From a bacterium (GTDB lineage: Bacteria; Patescibacteriota; Patescibacteriia; JACQRZ01): a stretch of DNA of 64,000 nucleotides. A program made the position numbers and the translations under genes. Below, one piece after another: positions 58,311-64,000 of this stretch; position 1 is the stretch's first letter; every line of letters starts with the position of its first letter. The notes under the pieces are model-generated. The model ran no database searches. It worked only from the letters and a program-made list of their open reading frames with translations, and was not told where the DNA came from. Location of the stretch: NCBI GenBank assembly GCA_030688365.1, contig JAUYIE010000020.1, positions 16,337-80,336 on the forward strand, written 5' to 3'.

Positions 58311-58542
58311 TTTATTCTTTGGACGTATTCCTTTCGATCCAAAGCTTTTTTTGTTCCTCCTTTCTTGCTTGTTCGAGGTTTAGAATGTCCTCTTTTAAAT
58401 TCGGAAGTGGTTTTGTTTACAGTGCACTATGAATAAACTGGTGGTTGTATATATTGTAGTGGAATAGACTTTTCATTGTGGTATAGACACCCCAAATGGA
58501 ATGGTGATATACTTTGAGTGATTTACTATTATCTATATATAT

Positions 58543-58899
58543 ATGGAAAAAGGAGGAGGATCGTTTGAAAATACGCCGGAACAGCCAAAAACAGAATTTG
58601 AAAAGGCTAAAGAAGAGGTTTCCGCAGTAGCGACAGACTGGGAATATATAAGCGAAATAGAAAAGATGTCCAGACAAGAATTATCACGAGGTGAATCACC
58701 AAAAAAAGTAGCCGACGATATTTATAGAATTTGCAGACAAGAATCTATAGAAATAGAGAAAGAGATTCATCTGCTAGAAACGAAACTTGAGGATAAGCAA
58801 TTTGACGGAGTCCGCGAACCTCTTGTTGAAGTCCTTGCTAAGATACAAAATGAGATAAATAAACTTGAAAGAGATGAACGAAATGGATCTAATCCGTAA
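58543..58899 (+). CDS. Hypothetical coiled-coil protein (118 aa)
   Basis: ORF followed by a strong bidirectional terminator. Confidence 0.4.
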   Translation: MEKGGGSFENTPEQPKTEFEKAKEEVSAVATDWEYISEIEKMSRQELSRGESPKKVADDIYRICRQESIEIEKEIHLLETKLEDKQFDGVREPLVEVLAKIQNEINKLERDERNGSNP

Positions 58900-58931
58900 T
58901 TGATTTTAAAGATTCAATAATTTTTATATAA

Positions 58932-58960
58932 AAATGGTCCCTTTGGGGGCCATTTATGTT
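58932..58960. terminator. Bidirectional rho-independent terminator
   Basis: AATGGTCCC-TTTG-GGGGCCATTT hairpin flanked by an A-run and T-runs, between convergent genes. Confidence 0.55.
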
Positions 58961-58971
58961 GGGTTGTTTTT

Positions 58972-59436
58972 CTAATAACTTTTTCCGGATTGTAGTACTA
59001 TTTGTCTGATAAACAACATGCCGGTGGCAGTATCTCCGGCGTATAGACGTGCTTCAATACTGTTTAGCAGACTTCTGATGTCAAGTCCGTACCAGTATTG
59101 GGCTTTGTCGAACACATCTTTGCCAGAACAATTGCATTGTTCTTGAAATTGGAACAACTTTGCGGAAATTTTGAACTTTGAATGGTATTCGTGCATCAAA
59201 CTCGCTATGTCTTTTCCCGCTATCCGATGGTTAGTGAGTACTGACAAAATCTGATCGGCTTCATTACTGGTGTATGTTGAGGGTTGTGTGTCAATAGGAA
59301 TCCCCTCAATTACCAGGCCATCTTGTGAAGACATAATAGTTATCTTCCCAAAAGACGTGAATACCGTTGCTTTTTTCTTCTCATAATCTATGCACGGCGC
59401 TCTTTCCTTTGCGCCATCTTGTTGTAATGAACACAT
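58972..59436 (-). CDS. Hypothetical protein (154 aa)
   Basis: ORF with no recognisable motif. Confidence 0.4.
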   Translation of the reverse strand: MCSLQQDGAKERAPCIDYEKKKATVFTSFGKITIMSSQDGLVIEGIPIDTQPSTYTSNEADQILSVLTNHRIAGKDIASLMHEYHSKFKISAKLFQFQEQCNCSGKDVFDKAQYWYGLDIRSLLNSIEARLYAGDTATGMLFIRQIVLQSGKSY

Positions 59437-59574
59437 TTTTTTTCTCCTTTTTTAATAACAAAGGTTTACATTAACCTTTATGGCAATCACTTTGGCATAT
59501 TTGACCGGTTTTGTCAAGAATATCTGGGTAAAAGAAAAAAGCTCAAACAGTGCAATTGACTGTTCGAGCTTAAA

Positions 59575-59955
59575 TTAATCGGTGTTCTGCCTCTGTGCAT
59601 CCGTGCCAAGGTCTTCAAGTTCCAGAACCATACGCTTCACTCTCTTGAAACCAAGAAAGCGGTACATACGGTCTTTTACTCTCCAGTCGCAGAGCTTTGG
59701 GTCGGTGACCGTCTCTGCTTCTGAATACAGTGGCCTTAGACCAAGATCGCATAAGCGGGCGAGTACGCTATACGGTGCGACGACAATGCAGTCGTTGTAA
59801 CCGCCTTCGCGTATCCGCCGTACGATTGTCTCCGCGCTATTCCAGACACGATGGTCTTCGAAGACTTTGACATCTTCTCCGAACATTCTTTTCAACGCGC
59901 CCATTTGGACGCCATTCATGCTGTGCTGTGATACCCAGCATATTCTTTTTGGCAT
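59575..59955 (-). CDS. Hypothetical protein (126 aa)
   Basis: The start was set to MPKRICWV, preceded by a strong RBS (AAAGGAGGTATT-ATG). GC content is markedly higher than in the core genome. Confidence 0.5.
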   Translation of the reverse strand: MPKRICWVSQHSMNGVQMGALKRMFGEDVKVFEDHRVWNSAETIVRRIREGGYNDCIVVAPYSVLARLCDLGLRPLYSEAETVTDPKLCDWRVKDRMYRFLGFKRVKRMVLELEDLGTDAQRQNTD

Positions 59956-60055
59956 AATACCTCCTTTACTCTGTGCCACAGAGTATTTATTGCTACAGTC
60001 GAGCATGCATCACTTGCCTGACACATACTCAAATCTAGCAACAAATGTGGAATCT

Positions 60056-60134
60056 TATTTCGTCCTTTCGGACTCATCAGTGGAAGTACACACTTCCAGA
60101 TAAGAGAGATCATTTTAATTGATCTCAATTTTTT
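60056..60134 (+). ncRNA. Repeated structured element, copy 2
   Basis: TATTTCGTCCTTTCGGACTCATCAG, then hairpin TGGAAG-TACACA-CTTCCA, then hairpin GAGATCA-TTTTAAT-TGATCTC, then a T-run. Confidence 0.3.
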
Positions 60135-60217
60135 TGCCCTGTAAAAAAGAACTATGATTTGGCAAGCGTGATACCTACCGATGGGAGCCGTTTTGATTTT
60201 GGCTCCGCGTGTAAAAA

Positions 60218-60721
60218 CTAATGGGATCCGTTCCATTTTTTAAAACCTGCAGATTCGGGTATTCTTCGTTCGAAGACGTTTTCTGCAAAATTTTCTATCA
60301 GTTTTTGGACACTGGCAATCTCTACTTCTGTAAAAGTTGGCTTAGTGCCTTCTTTCTCGAAGTCGAGAGTAAATCCACGAGAGGCATTCCAGCCACCCCA
60401 AGAAGGACTTCGGGGAAAATCGTTTTCTGGAGTGCCCCAAAATTCCCGGTCATTAGTGTCGACTAAAGGGCCGACGTCCTCATGCGAAAAACTCCATCCA
60501 TCAGCCTGCATGAGAGCTGATAAACTGGCAATCAATGTGACAATATCATCATATTTTTTGGGTCGTGTGAATCCAAGAGAAATGGTGACAGTCTGTTGAT
60601 TGGCCATGCACTCATCTTCGCCCCAATTTGGTTCAGATGAATCACCCCAAAAGGTAATTCGTGTTGAGTTTTGGGGATAAGACTCTGTTTCCGAAAAATC
60701 AATTCTCAATGGTAGGTACAT
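60218..60721 (-). CDS. Hypothetical protein (167 aa), higher-GC island
   Basis: ORF with Trp-rich segments (SPSWGGWNASRGF). No motif. Confidence 0.45.
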   Translation of the reverse strand: MYLPLRIDFSETESYPQNSTRITFWGDSSEPNWGEDECMANQQTVTISLGFTRPKKYDDIVTLIASLSALMQADGWSFSHEDVGPLVDTNDREFWGTPENDFPRSPSWGGWNASRGFTLDFEKEGTKPTFTEVEIASVQKLIENFAENVFERRIPESAGFKKWNGSH

Positions 60722-61029
60722 TATTGTACCTCCTTTGAGGAAGAAAATAATTCAGAAATTTTCTCAACCAGCTGGGCCTGAGTAATTTTTTCTGCGTTCT
60801 TTTTCGTAGACCCGCAAAGTAAATACTCATTCCCATTCTGAAATGCGTCCTGCATTTCAGCCTCCCCAACACTCCTCCTTGTGGGGTGGTCTCCTGCATG
60901 AAAAAATCTTTCCCAGAACCCGCTCATGCCGCGGATGCTGGAAATCTGGAACGTACGACCATCGGGCGTCGTCCATTCCAAATTCTTCTGCGTGGCCACT
61001 AGGTAGGCCAGCACCATGTTTGCATTCAT
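60721..61029 (-). CDS. Hypothetical protein (102 aa), higher-GC island
   Basis: ORF ATGA-coupled to the downstream gene. RBS GGAGGACAAAAAATG. Confidence 0.45.
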   Translation of the reverse strand: MNANMVLAYLVATQKNLEWTTPDGRTFQISSIRGMSGFWERFFHAGDHPTRRSVGEAEMQDAFQNGNEYLLCGSTKKNAEKITQAQLVEKISELFSSSKEVQ

Positions 61030-62365
61030 TTTTTGTCCTCCTACGACAAAAGATAAAATATTACTTTTAAATTTACTCTTGATTTAAGATAATTCTGTTT
61101 GGGTTGTAACACCCCGACACAATGACCTTAAGAAAGAGGGGAAACATTTGTTTCCCATTCTAACCCTTTTAATGTACGATGATGAATCGCGAATCACCTA
61201 TTACCTCCTTTCGCGTGCTATAATATTTTTTAATGAGAGAGTCGTCAGTCATCATTATTGGCTCATCGTTGATTGAATCAACTAGGCTTATAGTGATCGA
61301 CTTCTCTCCCAGCGATTGTTTGGTTCGCCAGCACCTTCGATATTCTTATATCTATCCATGTGTTGTTGTGTAAACAACTCATTTCAAAATACTCTCCAAA
61401 AATCTCGAACACCTTCATGTTTACGGGAAGCTTGAGAGACTTTCTGTAAACAATCCTCATCTCGCAGTAGGGTGGTTAAGGACACCGTCCTTTCTTTATA
61501 TCTTTTGTGATTTCAAAATCTCTAACCCTCGATTTTGTTCTATTTGGGTCCTCTGGTAATGAGATCCAGATGGAGTACTACTACTGAGCACTTTTTAACA
61601 AGGTTACCTTCCCTTGAACATACTACATACCAACTTCGACGGTTATATTCATGTTAAATATATGACCAATCGCCACACTTATATCGTCTTACGCAGGTAA
61701 GCGGGAAAACGCTGTGTAAAACAGAACTTTTAATTCATTTGAGATACTGTTCTCAAACATTCTTGCATATGTGTCCGTAATTGATCTTGTTGTAACAGTG
61801 CTGTGCTTGTGGCCGCTCTGTCGCTGTCAATTGTGGCATTTCAAGAATTTAGAATCATCGTTTCTACCCTAGTGTGATCCCTGTCAGATCACGCTGTGTT
61901 GGTTTACCCCCGAATCGCTAAGATCCTGCAGGTTTCTTTTCAACCCGGCCCGCGAAGGGTAAGGTCAGCCAACGTTCCGGTGTCAGAACCATCTTCACGG
62001 GATGAGCGGTCAACTCTCGGGTGACGGGCGTTCATGCTTTGCCACTGCTTTTGGGTGAGACAATTTCATCGTTTACACATGACGATTATTTTTGTGTTCA
62101 CTAAAACTTTCTGTACAGTATCATGAAGTAAGTTGTTTTTTGTTAAGTATACGCGATATCAGAAATACTATCTCGCAGACTCTAACCTCTCAGGGTGGCT
62201 TAGTGTAATAACACCCACTAACTGGTTGCCCTGTTTGAGATCGTTCGCTCCGATCTCGTTTTTTTGGCGTCTTTCCATGTAGCAGCTTTCGGTTGTGCCG
62301 GAACCGGGCTGTCGCGCGCATGCGTCATATGTACCTCCTTTCGCATGAGCAATCTTTTCCCGCTA

Positions 62366-62680
62366 CTAATTGTTGCTGAATGTGATATCGGGAGAAGTAC
62401 GCGGGATGTACTTCCAGATAATTTCTTCTGGTTCATGCTTGAGCAATCCCCAGACCATATCGGCGATTTCGGCGTCAGTCCACTGGAGGACTTCTGCCAA
62501 AATTTCCCCTTTTGTTTCCGGTCTTCCAATACCGACAAATTCTCCTACGCCATCTTTGAGAATGGCAGTAAGAATATTTGCCAGCGTTTGGTGTTCTCCT
62601 GCCAACAATAGGTCGTCAAGACAAATCATTGGTTCGGGGATCAGGCCAGAGGAGATGAACTTTCTATTGATATACCACAT
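62366..62680 (-). CDS. Hypothetical protein (104 aa), translationally coupled to the vWA gene
   Basis: Its start lies 2 nt after the stop of the upstream vWA gene. It overlaps the alternative ORF 62218..62538, which is judged spurious. Confidence 0.4.
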   Translation of the reverse strand: MWYINRKFISSGLIPEPMICLDDLLLAGEHQTLANILTAILKDGVGEFVGIGRPETKGEILAEVLQWTDAEIADMVWGLLKHEPEEIIWKYIPRTSPDITFSNN

Positions 62681-62681
62681 A

Positions 62682-63980
62682 TCAATTCACCCCCTTTCCA
62701 AATTTCATGTTATCGTTTACGAGATGGTGGCTCGTAGCGATATTTTTTAGTGCTTCGTTCTCTGAAGCGACACTGAAAACATGAAGCTTGATATCGCCTA
62801 GCGGTTCATGGGTTCCCAATGAGTCATCCCCATCAGTAACCATGATGATATCGCAGCGATGGAATCTAGCCTTATCAGCGTTAATATCCTTAACTGCTTG
62901 TGATATCGCTGCACTAAAATTTGTACTACCACCACTATATGTTCCTTTGTTTTTTATCATGTCGAGCAGCTCACGCCCTTGCTGCTCATTTCTTGCTTCC
63001 TTCAGGTCGTGGGGCGATCCGTCAAAAAGTCGTAAAAAGAGTTCTGCTTCTCCTCTGATTACTGCCTTCACACGGTTCAGCAAGATTCCTCCTGCTTTCA
63101 CGACCCTTTTACCGTCTCCCATAGAACCTGAACAGTCAACGAGCAGGTAAATTAATTGTTTTTGCTCGTCAACCTTTACATACTCACGTACAGGTAGACG
63201 TTTTTCGACAGCTCTTTGCCAAAAAATTTCATCAGGCAAACCATGTGCAACACGGGCGACTTTTGGTAATTCAGAGAAATCTCTGATACCTCTAGTGCGC
63301 ACGAATGCCGTGGGTTCCAGCGAAGATTTTGTACTTCTTTTTTTGCTGGTTTTAAGTTCAACCAGATCATCAAGAAGATGCGAAAGTCTCACTAATTCCC
63401 ATTCGGTTGACTGGCCGATTTTTTCAGCAACCTCAACGACTGACAACGGGCTATTCCCGTTCGGTGCTTTTGTGTCCAAAAGCTCCTGGTCGATGTCATC
63501 AAGGTTCTGGGCTGCCTCTAGGCAATCAGCGGTTTGATTGCTGAGTTCCTCTCCGTCTCTTTCGAGAAAGATAGGTAGCGCATCAGCTTCTTCACCGCTA
63601 CCACCACTTTCAGATTTTGACTTTTCAGCCATCATTTTCAGTAAGGCGGCTGCCTTTTCAAGCGCCGTCCCTGGCAAGTTATCCAAGGTTTTCTTTTCAG
63701 CAAGTGCCTTGAGAAACCCCCGGACGTTTTGGTGATATTTAAGTAATTTATCTCTGTCCAGAAGTGGCTGCTCCTGTATGAGATCTTCTACTTGTTTTTC
63801 CACCTGTGCCTCATCCATGACCGTTTGTTCTCCGCCGCGAGCGACGTTGAGCAGATCCTGGAAGAAGGCGGGTGCTACAGCCGGCACCTTGGCTTTCCTG
63901 CAAAACATTTCAATCTCTGGTGGGTGTGCAGGTGTAAACCCATCAGGGAGGTGAGTACGCATTAACGGTTTCATTGGCAC
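62682..63980 (-). CDS. von Willebrand factor type A (vWA) domain protein
   Basis: MIDAS motif DCSGSMGDG, then ...TNFSAAI...IIMVTDGDD. The N-terminal region is Glu-rich. Confidence 0.7.
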   Translation of the reverse strand: MPMKPLMRTHLPDGFTPAHPPEIEMFCRKAKVPAVAPAFFQDLLNVARGGEQTVMDEAQVEKQVEDLIQEQPLLDRDKLLKYHQNVRGFLKALAEKKTLDNLPGTALEKAAALLKMMAEKSKSESGGSGEEADALPIFLERDGEELSNQTADCLEAAQNLDDIDQELLDTKAPNGNSPLSVVEVAEKIGQSTEWELVRLSHLLDDLVELKTSKKRSTKSSLEPTAFVRTRGIRDFSELPKVARVAHGLPDEIFWQRAVEKRLPVREYVKVDEQKQLIYLLVDCSGSMGDGKRVVKAGGILLNRVKAVIRGEAELFLRLFDGSPHDLKEARNEQQGRELLDMIKNKGTYSGGSTNFSAAISQAVKDINADKARFHRCDIIMVTDGDDSLGTHEPLGDIKLHVFSVASENEALKNIATSHHLVNDNMKFGKGVN

Positions 63981-64000
63981 ACCTCCTAATTTGCCAATGA

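Noticed and set aside
62218-62538. 106-aa minus-strand ORF overlapping the 62366..62680 gene
   Set aside because: It overlaps in another frame the ORF that is translationally coupled to the vWA gene (2-nt spacing). It is Ser/Arg-rich low complexity. Preferring the coupled ORF makes this one likely spurious.
1-64000. Alternative genetic code (UGA recoded, as in some CPR lineages)
   Set aside because: TGA cleanly terminates several well-conserved genes at their expected C-termini (for example the TrmH-like and RibF-like genes). No conserved gene needs read-through. Standard code 11 fits.

Overview
This is a low-GC, gene-dense bacterial chromosome segment with short intergenic regions, read with the standard genetic code (TGA, TAA and TAG all close recognisable genes). 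The gene content looks like a reduced-genome Patescibacteria/CPR-like organism; this is an inference from gene content only.

Core genes:
- Translation and tRNA handling: argS, tyrS and valS on the minus strand; a TrmH/SpoU RNA methyltransferase; tsaD and tsaE; a cca enzyme with a second, divergent NTase-fold paralog next to it.
- Other housekeeping: nusA, rpsA, ftsH and a PilB/GspE-type ATPase.
- Central carbon genes: class II FBP aldolase, a PfkB kinase, rpiB, rpe and a 2-hydroxyacid dehydrogenase.
- Envelope and export: a MacA/MacB/FtsX-like efflux trio, three GT2 glycosyltransferases (one paired with a DUF2304-like membrane protein), and two very large surface proteins (one FN3-containing and Thr/Ser/Gly-rich, one with lamin-tail and PKD domains).
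- Three tRNAs found by hand-folding: Ile(UAU), Glu(UUC) and Gly(GCC).

Main unexplained signals:
1. Eight copies of a perfect 16-18 bp palindrome with core TGTTCCACGTGGAACA within 1.9 kb (10.4-12.3 kb). It differs by one position from the Bacillus-type parS consensus. Copies are phased about 43-45 bp apart around a Cys4 zinc-ribbon gene and two TPR genes. I read this as a candidate centromere/operator array.
2. A two-gene module directly after tRNA-Glu: a MerR-type HTH fused to a GHKL/RsbW-like ATPase, followed by a STAS-like (DUF4325-like) protein.
3. A translationally coupled cfa-like methyltransferase and FAD-linked oxidase pair. It resembles the BfaB/BfaA route to 10-methyl fatty acids.
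4. A repeated element of about 80 nt, present twice, with a conserved leader, fully covarying hairpin stems and an identical TACACA loop.
5. A higher-GC island from about 59.5 kb to the window end. It contains small hypothetical genes, a 1.2-kb ORF-free structured-looking stretch, and a vWA protein with a coupled partner.
6. An AsnA/class-II-aaRS-like standalone catalytic core next to a radical-SAM-like protein that lacks the canonical CX3CX2C motif.

All calls rest on motif recognition and hand folding. No database searches were run.
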